Shown here piece after piece: positions 25,002-37,190 of a DNA stretch of 64,000 nucleotides. Each line of letters starts with the position of its first letter. Within the stretch, counting starts at the first letter, position 1. Source of the stretch: Octopus vulgaris (taxonomy: Eukaryota); contig OX597837.1 of NCBI GenBank assembly GCA_951406725.2, forward strand, positions 25,916,001 through 25,980,000. Direction: 5' to 3'. The notes under the pieces were generated by a model. It ran no database searches. It saw only the letters and a program-made list of their open reading frames with translations, and was not told where the DNA came from. The position numbers and the translations under genes are program-made.

Positions 25002-25436
25002 ATATATATGATGGGCTTCTTTCAGTTTCCGTCTACCAAATCCACTCACAAGGCTTTGGTCGGCCTGAGGCTTTAGTGGAAGACACTTGCCCAAGGTGCC
25101 ACAGAGTGGGACTGAACCTGGAACCATGTGATTGGTAAGCAAGCTACTTACCACACAGCCACTCCTGTGTCTAGTGAGAGATAATCAACTGACTCCAGAT
25201 TAAACACTGAAATTCTATGTATATAGCTAGAAGAGGAATTGCTGCTATCTCTAGCTTTTGGGCATCTACCATTGACAGGGCCAAAGAAGGCAGAAACCAC
25301 ATGATCTGCTAGTACTGGTACCGATATATACATGAGTGCTTACATGTATTGTAAGTCCATATGAGAGGTTCTCTCATAGTAAATAACACAGTATTCTGTG
25401 TTCTAACACAACTTCCACTTTTAAGTGAGGATAAAT
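24614..25436. mobile_element. long-TIR MITE-like element carrying a SINE A insertion (24727-25168, minus)
   Basis: atttatcctcacttaaaagtgga... (24614-24712) is the diverged reverse complement of 25334-25436; related remnant near 8182-8262. Confidence 0.6.
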
Positions 25437-26554
25437 AATATCAATAACAATTGCCCTCTTTTAATCCAACCTTGTTAAGGTATCCCAATGACTCATAATT
25501 TTCCCATACTGCTTGAATCCCCTGAAACACAGAAGGGACAGATGTCTTCAATGTCTGTTCAGTTCTTTAATGTTGGTTTGGCCTTCAAGATATGTGCAGC
25601 AGCTGAGCCAAAGAGGGGACAGATGGCTGGTAGAACAGTAATCATTGCCATAGATATACATTCAATAGTTTACTGTGAGTTCCCCATTTGAACTTTGTAG
25701 CGGATCAGAAACAAGTTAAAGTTTGAAATATTTTATGATCTTGAAGTGAAAGCATAGTCTTCGAAAAAAAAAAAAAAAAAAATTTTAAATGTCAGAGTAC
25801 CATGAAAGGCCATTAAGATATTGTGAGGCCCTTACTAGAATTGGTGTCATTCTCAGGAAGTCCCATAAAACCAGGGTATGTTCAATAAAGCCCAAAACAA
25901 AAAAGTATTCCTTTGATATTTAATTTTATAAAATTTCTTTAATTATTTGAAAGCATTTTCTTGGATAAAATGAAAGGAATTTCAAAATAAAATCAACAAT
26001 CTAATGGAATGTCTATAAAGTTACTGGCCCTACAAGAAATAGCAGCTGAATCTCTCTTAAATCACAGTCTATCATCTCACAAGGGCCCATTTGATAATGT
26101 AATTCTATACATTATGCCTGACAATAGAAGAGATGGTCATAATGGAGAACTTTTGATCATAATTCTGCTTGATCAGAGTTGACCATGGGCTAAACAACAA
26201 AAGTTTAATGCCTTTAATACCCTCTGGTTAAACATCTACCCTTAAATTTCCCTTAAGTCACTCTCTCCTCTATTAACAAAATGAAACTTCTAGATACACA
26301 TCTGAAAAAAAAGCAAAAAGAAAGGAAAAAGACAGGATGGTCATGACTGGAATGTCTAATTGACAAGGCTTCAGTCTAGAACTTAACAACAATGTCAAAT
26401 GTTACTGATTCCTTCAGTTAAAGAATATCACCAATTTTGCCCATTGTCATTAAAATTCTTGTGGCAATTATAAAGAAAGCATATACACACACAAGTTCAC
26501 ACACACACACACACACACAGCCATAAATTGAAAGGAAATAACAAGAATTCTTAC

Positions 26555-26719
26555 CAGTTTCTTCTTGATGGCATCAGAATCAACGTTGAAACCTTTGCTT
26601 GCTTGTAATTCCAGCTGAGAAGAGTGCAACTGCAACAATAAATTGTGCACCTCCTTCTCTACACTGGACTTGGAACCGGAGACTTTGGTGATTTCAGAGC
26701 GCATCTCTTCCAACTGGTT
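26555..26719 (-). CDS. GOPC: internal coding exon of Golgi-associated PDZ and coiled-coil motif-containing protein (PIST/CAL) homolog
   Basis: Acceptor ttttctttcag, donor gtaaga, 165 bp phase 0/0; NQLEEMRSEITKVSGSKSSVEKEVHNLLLQLHSSQLELQASKGFNVDSDAIKKKL aligns without gaps to recalled human GOPC [55 protein letters not shown]. Confidence 0.9.
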
Positions 26720-27029
26720 CTGAAAGAAAACAAAGAACGATGGCATTAATATTTAAGACCGTGATAAAAGCTGTAGTGGTGGCAGTGCTGAGTTTTATAG
26801 CAGTGCTACAGCATGGTCTTTTACTACGATAGCTAAAATAAAGAATGTAACCTGTTGATAGATTGGGGCGACACCATAGTCAGTCTGGTGAAGTTGAAAC
26901 ATCAGCAATCAACCCTCTAGTGCTTAAACTGGGTATAACCAGCCAAAATATGCTTTATGTTCAAACTGGCCAGGTCTCGCCTCTCACACCTATCCTACAA
27001 TGTCAATCTCAAAATAAGTTGCTTCATTA

Positions 27030-27258
27030 TCTATTTCTTTACTACCCACAAGGGGCTAAACACAGAGAGGACTAACAAGGACAGACAAATGGATTGAGTC
27101 GATTATATCGACCCCAGTGGGTAACTGGTACTTAATTTATCAACCCCGAAAGGATGAAAGGCAAAGTCAACTTCGGTAGAATCTGAACTCAGAACGTAGC
27201 GGCACACGAAATACAGCTACGTATTTCGCCGGGCATGCTAACGTTTCTGCCAGCTCGC
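27030..27258 (-). mobile_element. SINE family B inserted in a P1 MITE
   Basis: Family B core and head in reverse; P1 sequence resumes on both sides. Confidence 0.8.
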
Positions 27259-27473
27259 AAGAAGCAATAGGGTGGTGTATGATTAATTCAAAACAATGTG
27301 AATAAATAAGAATTATACCTAACAGAATAATCTGAATGCTAAAGGGTCAGCTCTTTGGTATTTAAACAAGCCATATCAGGCCCAGATATTCTAAATGTTT
27401 TATGTACAAAGTGGCCAACCCTACGTTATCATTCAAAATCTCAAAGCTACAAGATAATGCAAGATTAATTCTA

Positions 27474-27879
27474 GCAGGAGTGGCTGTGTGGTAAGTAGCT
27501 TGCTTACCAGCCACATGGTTCCGGGTTCAGTCCCACTGCGTGACAACTTGGGCAAGTGTCTTCTACTATAGCCTTAGGCCAACCAACGCCTTGTGAGTGG
27601 ATTTGGTAGACGGAAACTGAAAGAAGCCCGTCGTATATATGTATGTATATATATATATATATATATGTGTATGTGTGTCTGTGTTTGTTCCCCCCAACAT
27701 CGCTTGACAACCGATGCTGGTGTGTTTACGTCGCTGTAACTTAGCGGTTCGGCAAAAAGACACCGATAGAATAAGTACTAGGCTTACAAAGAATAAGTCC
27801 TGGGGTCGATTTGCACAACTGAAGGCAGCGCTCCAGCATGGCCACAGTCAAAATGACTGAAACAAGTAAAAGAGTAAGA
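27474..27879 (+). mobile_element. SINE family A inserted in a P1 MITE
   Basis: Full-length copy; P1 end actaaagggttaa at 27924-27936. Confidence 0.85.
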
Positions 27880-29349
27880 ATATATGAATAAATAAGCATT
27901 ACTTTTGACAAAATATTGCAAGCACTAAAGGGTTAAAGGAAATGGACCCCACCAGCCCCAAAAAATAAGGCCGGCAACAAGAATTTTGAAACATGGAGAA
28001 GAAGGTGAAGAATATGGTTGATGGCACCAATACACTGCTGTCTGATGGCGATGTGTACTAAAGTTTGACCAGCCTAATTTTTCTGAGATTCTCTTGACAT
28101 TTTTATCTCTACACAGTTGCTGCCATTCCTTCTACTCTTGTAACACTCTCTCTTTACTTGTTTCAGTTATGTGACTGTGGCCATGCTGGAGCACCGCCTT
28201 TAGTCGATCAAATCGACCCCAGGACTTATTCTTTGTAAGCCTAGTACTTATTTTTCGGTCTCTTTTTGCCAAACCGCTAAGTTACAGGGACGTAAACACA
28301 CCAGCATCGGCTGTCAAGCAATGTTGGTGGGGACAAAATTTTAAATTTTTATTTTGTAACAAAATTTTAATTTTTAATTTTTTTTTTTTGGTCTTTGGTC
28401 AGTAAGTGTTATTTCCTATTTGCTTCTATCTAGAAATCAAAGGAAGTGACTACTATTCCCTTCAGGCTTTGCTTTTGTCACCTGGACAACAATATTTTGA
28501 AACTGACCTATTTTCCATTACATTTTAGACAGATTCAGCACTGAGGTGCTGAAGCAAAAATATCATTATAGCAAATATTCTGCAGAATATCACCTATTTG
28601 CTTGACCTTCACACCACTTGAGAGCATATCTGTTAGTGGCTGACAATATGTGGATCTCTGATGATGAACAGGAGTAGTGGGAGAGCATCATAGAGGGATT
28701 CTATGTTGAGAGGGATTCTTTTGGGGTTTGAATAAATGTAACAAAAGCAAATTCTGAAGGAAATATTAGCTAATTTTTCATACTTTCTAGGGGGTAAGCA
28801 AACAGCAAATAACAGTTGCTACCCAAGGACAAAAATTTTTTTGCATAGTGAGCAGTGGTGGTGGTGGGGGGTACCATAGCCATGTGTTGAGAGGGATTCT
28901 TTGGGGTTTGAGTAAATGTAACAAAAGCAAAATTTGAAGGAAATATTAGCCATTTTTCATACTTTCTAGGGGTAAAAAAAACAGGAAATAACATTTGCTA
29001 CCCAAGGATAAAAATTGTATTACATAGAGAGCAGGAGTAGTGGGGGAGCATCATAACCATGTGTTAAGAGGTATTTTTCGGGGTTTGAATAAATATCTTA
29101 ACAAAAGCAAAGTTTTAAGGAAATATCAGGTATTTTTCATACTCTCTAAGAGTAACCAAATAAGAAATATCAAGGACAAAAATTGGGTTGTGCCACAGAA
29201 TAGTCAGAGATCAATTCAGTCGACCAATATCCCAGTAGCCATGTGATCTATTCAATGTTTTCTATATCAGAAGCAACAAATTCTTGTCTGAGCATGTGGC
29301 TGGTTGCATGTATATGCTATTGAAAAGAACTGAAAAAGGTGAAATATAT

Positions 29350-29512
29350 AGGCGCAGGAGTGGCTGTGTGGTAAGTAGCTTGCTTGCCAACCACATGGTT
29401 CTGGGTTCAGCCCCACTGCGTAGCACCTTGGGCAAGTGTCTGCTACTATAGCCTCGGGCCGACCAAAGCCTTGTGAGTGGATTTGGTAGACGGAAACTGA
29501 AAGAAGCCTATC

Positions 29513-29560
<48 letters not shown>

Positions 29561-29768
29561 TTGTGTCTGTGTTTGTCCCCCCAACATCGCTTGATAACCG
29601 ATGTTGGTGTGTTTACATCCCCGTAACTTAGCGGTTCGGCAAAAAGAGACCGATAGAATAAGTACTAGGCTTACAAAGAATAAGTTCTGGGGTCGATGTG
29701 CTCGACTAAAGGCGGTGCTCCAGCATGGCCGCAGTCAAATGACTGAAACAAGTAAAAGAGTAAGAGTA
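29350..29768 (+). mobile_element. SINE family A
   Basis: Full-length copy. Confidence 0.9.
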
Positions 29769-30392
29769 ATATCTAATATTCTCTGGCTGCTGCTGGAATG
29801 TTTATTGTGGTTTTAACACAGTATGTCAACAAGAAATGTCATCTTAGGACAAATACCACAGTTACTGGCCTATCAACAGTGTACATACATTAAATATGAT
29901 ATGTCGGTTACTATAACATTATATCTCATTGTCCCTTCTTTTCCTTTTCATTCAGTTGTATTTTGGTTTGATTTGAGAAGGAAGGACTGGGGAAGTGGTT
30001 TAGGGTTCCACCTAGGGATAGGGGTCATACCAAATAAAGCAAATGAGCTGGAAGGGCCTGAATGAAGATAGCACAAGAGCAGTTGAGAAGCAGAGATCAC
30101 AGTAGTGGTAGAAGAGGAACAATGAGGACACAACACTTTGAAGGGCACTAGAATATTATGCTGGGTTTCAAATTTTGGTAAAAGGCCAGCAATTTCAGGT
30201 GAGTGGGTAAGAGTCAAATACATTGATCCCAGGGCTCCACTGGTGCTTATTTTACTGATCTTGAAAGGATGAAAGGCAAAGTCAACCTTTGTGGAATTTG
30301 AACTCAGAGCATAAAGATGATGAATCAGTGCTAAGCATTTTGCCTGGTGTGCTAACGATTCAGCCAGCTCTACACAAGAATACAATATTACT

Positions 30393-30858
30393 GTTGTTGT
30401 TATTGTTGTTGTTAGTTAGCCCTAGGCTTGTCCAAGTCCAACAGAGAGTTTACGGAAGTCCCAGCAGATGCAGCGCGTTCCATATCTTCAGCTACTGTCC
30501 TCCAGAATTTATTTTGATCAGCGTGGGCAGAACAGGCAGCTGGATCTTTTCGGTTTGACCGGCAGTTTTTTCTAGCAGTGTCATATGAAATTGACACCCA
30601 TAATTATGACAAATATCTTACAAACTATAGAATTTTCTCAATAAAGCCAAGAGAAAAAGATGTTTTATAAACACATTCTACCAGTATACGAAGTTTAAAA
30701 GTGTTTAGTTACGTCGAAATTATTTTAAAAAACTGCCGTTCAAACCAAAAAGATCCCAGGCAGCTTCATGGCACAGTTGTCTGAAGGTATCGGATTGGTT
30801 GCATTGAGCTTGTTTCGCTTTTTCAGCAATTTCGATTGTTCGGCCTGAGATCTAGTCT
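30393..30858 (-). mobile_element. probable LINE 3' end with (CAA)n tail, split by a MITE
   Basis: Minus ORF ends AHADQNKFWRTVAEDMERAA...RAN then aacaacaac; resembles the A.DR..WR LINE terminus. Confidence 0.45.
30542..30756. mobile_element. 215-bp MITE with ~30-bp TIR and 9-bp TSD (Merlin- or Mutator-like)
   Basis: ggatctttttcggtttgaccggcagtttttt / aaaaaactgccgttcaaaccaaaaagatcc; TSD caggcagct at 30533-30541 and 30757-30765. Confidence 0.85.
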
Positions 30859-30874
30859 TTGTCTTTTCCCTTAG

Positions 30875-31345
30875 TAGTGTCATGGCATCACTTTGTCTCC
30901 AACAATTCGGTGCGACACCAGTGCAAAATCACCTCCCTCCGACAAGTCATCCTAACGAGACGTTTGCGTTGGCTGAGTCATGCCCTCCGTCGTCAACCAG
31001 GAGAATTCATCTACGAAGCAACTGTCCCAGCTCTCCTTCAGGGTTGGCGAAAGCGATGTGGTGGACAATAAAAAACCTGGCTGATGACGGTCAAGGCTGA
31101 TCTAGAACCCAACCTAGGCCCCCATATCTACGGCATTCACTGCTGGAATAAGGAGTGGTTGGAGATCACACGGTCGTTAGCCTCAAATCGCCAGGGCTGG
31201 TCAGCATTTGTGAGAGATGCAGCACTGAGGATGAATGAAGCCAGCTCAACCCACCCCGGGTGAATGCTGTCTCAAGAAGAAGAAGAAGAAGAAGAAGGAA
31301 AAGAAGGAAAAGAAGAAGAAGAAGAAGAAGAAGAAAAAGAAGAAG
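30875..31345 (+). pseudogene. RTE-type LINE 3' end with (AAG)n tail
   Basis: VSWHHFVSNNSVR...RRLRWLSHALRR...GWRKRCGGQ*KTWLMTVKADLE...LASNRQGWSAFVRD. Confidence 0.85.
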
Positions 31346-31495
31346 TCCAACAGATCTATGATATCAAATGTATTACAACCATGGCCATCCTTTCTTTAAT
31401 TAAAATGTACCCGACCCACTCCTTCCACAGGAGAGCAGCAGAGTGCAACGGGAGAGAAAAATCTCCTAATTGCTAAAGAGGATGGATATATATTT

Positions 31496-31532
<37 letters not shown>

Positions 31533-32173
31533 AATCTCATCTGCAGCAATTGTGCAGCTCCACTGGTGCAGCCATAAGTTCTGCTGCTATCTGCAAGATT
31601 ACTTATGCTGGTGCCAACACCGAAGCTAATGAGGTAATAACGAGTTGGCTTTCTTATCATCGTTAATTAACTTCATAAATTCTCACCTTACCAGTGCAGA
31701 AGAAAAGAAATTTTGTAGACACTCACACTAAAACCACAACACTATGTGTGAGTTGGCATGTGTGTGTGTGTGTGTGAGTGACTGAGTGTGTGTGTATATT
31801 TATGTCTGCCTATACACACATATATATTTATATATATTTATGCAGTATCCATACACATATACAAAAACAAAACAAATACATACACACTGATATGCACACA
31901 TGAAGACATGCATATGTAAACACACGTATATACTCTCTCTCTCTCTTTACTCTTTTACTTGTTTCAGTCAGTGGAGGCGCAATGGCCCAGTGGTTAGGGC
32001 AGCGGACTCGCGGTCGTAGGATCGCGGTTTCAGCCTTCTGTGGCTTTGCCAACATTTTGGACACAGTCCGTCTTCAGATACTCGGGAATAGTCTTGGAGA
32101 GAGACTAGGAAGAGAAGAAATGAGATAAAAAGAAAAAAAAACGTGTGTGTGTAGGCATATGTGTGTATGTCTA

Positions 32174-32553
32174 GGAGGCGCAATGGCCCAGTGGTTAGGG
32201 CAGCGGACTCGCGGTCGTAGGATCGCGGTTTCAATTCCCAGACCGGGCGTTGTGAGTGTTTATTGAGTGAAAACACCTAAAGCTCCACGAGGCTCCGGCA
32301 GGGGATGGTGGTGATCCCTGCTGTACTCTTTCACCACAACTTTCTCTCACTCTTACTTCCTGTTTCTGTTGTACCTGTATTTCAAAGGGCCGGCCTTGTC
32401 ACTCTCTGTGTCACGCTGAATATCCCCGAGAACTACGTTAAGGGTACACGTGTCTGTGGAGTGCTCAGCCACTTACACGTTAATTTCACGAGCAGGCTGT
32501 TCCATTGATTGGATCAACCAGAACCCTCGTCGTCATAACCAACGGAGTGCTTC
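32174..32553 (+). mobile_element. tRNA-derived SINE family D
   Basis: A-box tggcccagtggttagg, B-box ggtttcaattcc; nearly identical to 62985-63364; head-only copy at 31972-32031; diverged copies near 2450-2750, 50296-50590, 55345-55600. Confidence 0.9.
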
Positions 32554-32681
32554 CCATTTGACTGCGACCATGCTGGAGCACCACCTTTAGTCCATTTAGC
32601 ATTTTGTCCAGCTTGCTAATGATTCTGCCAGCTCCCCACGAAAATTGCTGCCCTTGTGGTAAAATTTGAAACCATTCTTAA

Positions 32682-33575
32682 GAATGGTGAGCTTGTAGAA
32701 TTGTTAGCATGTCAGGAGAAATGCTTAGTGGTATTCCTTCAGTATTCCTAAGGCGGTGAGCTGGCAGAAACGTTAGCAGGCCGGGCGAAATGCTTAGCGG
32801 TATTTCGTCTGCGTTACGTTGTGAGTTCAAATTCCGCCGAGGTCGACTTTGCCTTTCATCCTTTCGGGGTCGATAAATTAAGTACCAGTTACGCACCGGG
32901 GTCGATGTAATCGACTTAATACCTATGTCTGTCCTTGTTTGTCCCCTCTGTGTTTAGCCCCTTGTGGGTAATAAGGAAATAAGTATTCCTTCAGTATTCC
33001 TAAGGCGGTGAGCTGGCAGAAACGTTAGCAGGCCGGGCGAAATGCGTAGCCGTATTTCGTCTGCCGTTACGTTCTGAGTTCAAATTCCCCTGAGGTCAAC
33101 TTTGCCTTTCATCCTTTCGGGGTCGATAAATTAAGTACCAGTTACGCACTGGGGTCGATGTAATCGACTTAATACCTATGTCTGTCCTTGTTTGTCCCCT
33201 CTGTGTTTAGCCCCTTGTGGGTAATAAAGAAATAGGTATTCCTTCAGTTGCTACGATCTGAGTTCAAATTCCACTGAGGTCAGCTTTGCCTTTCATCCTT
33301 TTGAGTTCGATAAATTAAGTACCAGTTACGCACCGGGGTCGATGTAATCGACTTCATACCTATGTCTGTCCTTGTTTGTCCGATCTGTGTTTAGCCCCTT
33401 GTGGGTAATAAAGAAATAGGTATTCCTTCAGTTGCTACGATCTGAGTTCAAATTCCACTGAGGTCAGCTTTGCCTTTCATCCTTTTGTGGTCGATAAATT
33501 AAGTACAAGTACTGGGATCGATATGATCCGCTTACTCCCTCCCTCCAAATTTCAGGCATTGTGCCAACAATAGGA
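32682..33575 (+). mobile_element. nested head-to-tail array of SINE family B
   Basis: Two full copies (32750, 33002) and two partial ones, joined by tattccttcagt, inside an older B copy. Confidence 0.85.
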
Positions 33576-33841
33576 AGGGTTGTTGTCATCATCATCATCA
33601 TCAACATCAATACTTGTTTACATAGATAGTAAAGTTGCCGTGTTTTAGATGTGTGTGTGTGTGTGTGTGTGAAATTAATTTCTTTTCCCTGCCACATATT
33701 TCTTCTCAGAGATTTCATTACTCAGTCAATGCTAAAAATAAGATAATAGGAATAAACACACTAGTCGTACTGATCATAAATTATAGCTTCACCATAATAA
33801 ACTGGAATTGAGGAATTTAGAAAAATCAGGAAAATGTTAAT

Positions 33842-34260
33842 AGGCGCAGGAGTGGCTGTGTGGTAAGTAGCTTGCTAACCAACCACATGGTTGCGGGTTC
33901 AGTCCCACTGCGTGACACCTTGGGCAAGTGTCTTCTACTATAGCCCCGGGCCGACCAATGCCTTGTGAGTGGATTTGGTAGATGGGAACTGAAAGAAGCC
34001 TGTCGTATATATGTATATATATATATATATGTGTGTGTGTGTTTGTGTGTCTGTGTTTGTCCCCCTAGCATTGCTTGACAACCGATGCTGGTGTGTTTAC
34101 GTCCCCGTCACTTAGCGGTTCGGCAAAAGAGACCGATAGAATAAGTACTGGGCTTACAAAGAATAAGTCCCGGGGTCGATTTGATTGACTAAAGGCGGTG
34201 CTCCAGCATGGCCGCAGTCAAATGACTGAAACAAGTAAAAGAGTAAAAGAGTAAAGAGTA
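33842..34260 (+). mobile_element. SINE family A
   Basis: Full-length copy. Confidence 0.9.
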
Positions 34261-34329
34261 ATAGCATACTGAAGTCACCATCCCAAAACAGACACAGAGA
34301 GAATATATCTATCATGCTTAGAAGGAGGT

Positions 34330-34810
34330 TGATGAGAAACGAAAACATATTTCTGAAGTCCTATGTGGAGTATAAAAATCACATGTAGGGAATGCAATGG
34401 ATTCTACATCGGAAGTACTATCAAACAATTACACATACCGATTAAAGAACACATCTATACTAATGATTCTTCCATCAAAACACACCTATGGAAATGCTAC
34501 ACCAAGACATCCCAGTTTTCATTAAAGCTACTGGCAAAAACATTGGAAAGTTGAGCATAATAAAACCTTTTTCTAATTAAGAAATATACATGACACATAA
34601 ATAACAGATCAGAGTTGTATGTGACCAATTGGTTACTATAGCAACACATATCAAATACACAAACAACTAGAGAATAGAGAAAACAGTAAATACTGATTTT
34701 TCTTCAAATATTTCCTGAGCAAGGGGCTCTTAGCCCGAAATATTGAAATACCAAAGAAACTATCAACTTTTTATTTTTATGGATTTCATGGTTTTGGCTT
34801 TTAAAAAAAT
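34330..34810 (+). pseudogene. Penelope-like element GIY-YIG endonuclease fragment
   Basis: (Y)KITCRECNGFYIGSTIKQLHIPIKEH...SSIKTHLWKC matches the PLE VY.I.C..C...YIG.T...L..R..EH motif; decayed HHR-like gggctcttagcccgaaa near 34723-34740. Confidence 0.8.
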
Positions 34811-34837
34811 AATTATAACCATTTATAATTATAAACA

Positions 34838-35875
34838 TAGGCACAGGTATGGCTATGTGGTAAGAAGCCTAAAAGCGGCAAGCTGGTAGAATCGTTAGCA
34901 CACCGGGCGAAATGCTTAGCGGTATTTCGTCTGCTGCTATGTTCTGAGTTCAAATTCTGCCGATGTCGACTTAGCCTTTCATCCATTCCGGTTTCGATTA
35001 AATAAGTACCAGCTATGCACTGGGGTCGATGTAATCAACTTAATCTCTTTGTCTGTCCTTGTTTATCCCCTCTATGTTTATCCCCTTGTGGGCGATAAAG
35101 AAATAAGAAGCCTAACCACATGGTTCTGGGTTCAGTCCCACTGCATGGCACCTTGGGCAAATGTCTTCTACTATAACCTCAGGCCAACCAAAGCCTTCTG
35201 AGTGGACTTGGTAGGCAGAAACGGGAAGAAACCTGTTGTGTGTATATATATATATGTGTGTGTGTTTGTCCTCCACCACCACTTGACAACCAGTGTTGGT
35301 GTGTTTACATCTTCATAACTTAGTGGTTTGGCAAAGAGACCAATAGAAAAAATACTAGGCTTAAAGAAATAAATAGGGAGAAAATTTTTCAAGGCAGTGC
35401 CCCAGTATGACCACAATCTAATGACTGAAACAAGTAAAAGATAAAAAATACAATTCCCAATAATATAAGGAGTGGCTGTGTGGTAAGTAGCTTGCTTACC
35501 AATCACATGGTTCCGGGTTCATTCCCACTGCATGGCACCTTGGGCAAGTGTCTTCTACTATAGCCTCGGGCTGACCAAAGCCTTGTGAGTGGGTTTGGTA
35601 GACGGAAACTGAAAGAAGCCCGTCGTATATATGTATATGTGTATATATATATGGGTGTGTTTGTGTGTCTGTGTTTTCCCCCACACACAACATCGCTTGA
35701 CAACCGATACTGGTGTGTTTGCATCCCCGTAACTTAGCAGTTCGGCAAAAGGAATCGATAGAATAAGTACTAGGCTTACAAAGAATAAGTTTTGGGGTCG
35801 ATTTGCTCGACTTAAAAGGGCGGTGCTCCAGCATGGCCACAGTCAAATGACTGAAACAAGTGAAAGAGTGAAAGA
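34838..35875 (+). mobile_element. SINE cluster: A variant split by B (34871-35106), then a second A (35468-35875)
   Basis: taagaagccta duplicated either side of the B copy. Confidence 0.8.
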
Positions 35876-35962
35876 AAATATGATTTTTCAAAACACTGAA
35901 TGGCCATGAACATCCATCAGAGGGATCCATAAATATAAAATGGTTGAGAAACACAGCTTTAA

Positions 35963-36075
35963 ATGATGATGATGATGGTGATGATGATGATGGTGATGAT
36001 GATGATGATTGTGATGATGATGATGATGATGATGATTGTGATGATGATGATGGATGATGATGATGATGATGATTG

Positions 36076-36140
<65 letters not shown>

Positions 36141-36213
36141 GTAATGATGATGATGATGATGATTGTGATGATTGTGATGATGATGATGATTGTGATGATG
36201 ATGATGATGATTG

Positions 36214-36248
<35 letters not shown>

Positions 36249-36318
36249 GTGATGATGATGATGATTGCGATGATGATGATGATGATGATGATTGTGATGA
36301 TGATGATGATGATGATGT
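35963..36318. repeat. (GAT)n microsatellite with TGT/GGT variants
   Basis: Directly visible. Confidence 0.95.
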
Positions 36319-37051
36319 GAGCATACATTATTAAAACCAGTGAATATTGCTTGTTGTAGTCACAATGACATGGGCCACAGAAACTATAAAATGATGTCAA
36401 ATATATTCATGCAAATTTGCATAATTTATTCAACTTGCATTATTCTCATTTTGGCACAGACAGATATCAATATTCGGAATCAATCACGATCATTAAACAA
36501 ACATTAATTTCTATTAACATTTACAACTTTGGTACTTTTCCGAATTCCGTCTCCATCGCTCTGTCGGATATTTTCAATGAAACATTAATTAAATTGTATG
36601 GAATGTGTCGAATAAAATTAAGATCTTTTGAAAAGACAATTTCAAAAGCAAACGATGGCAAAACACAAAATACTGCTGGAGTCTTCATTTGAAGTGAAAC
36701 TAAATATATAGGATATTTAGAAATGGCTAAATAGGATTGGACTCTTCTTGCCAGTGAAAACCCCACAGAAACCAGAAGTGAGAAGCATTTGGTTGCATCA
36801 GAGTGTTTTTTGAATGAGAGGTGATTAGAAGCTGGAACACCTTCAATACAGAAGAACCGAATGACTCCCATCTAATGTCTTCAGAAACAAGGATTGGTGT
36901 CTGTGTGTGGTGGGGGGTACAGGGATTCTTTCAGAATTAAGTTGGAACATCTGGTGGTGAATATAAATAAGGAAATGGACTGACAGCAAGTAGCAAGAAG
37001 AGCAGATATTATTTATTCATTGATGAACAGAATACTATATATATATATCTC

Positions 37052-37091
<40 letters not shown>

Positions 37092-37142
37092 TATTGAATA
37101 TATAGTGTGTGTATATAGAGAGGAAGAAAATTATTTACATGA

Positions 37143-37190
<48 letters not shown>

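Noticed and set aside
26468-26746. 92-aa ORF as a standalone gene
   Set aside because: Only 26555-26719 is homologous and bounded by splice sites; the rest is intron read-through
32174-32250. tRNA gene (also SINE heads at 4421, 45075, 62985)
   Set aside because: A and B boxes are present, but there is no complete acceptor stem and the sequence continues into a repeated SINE body
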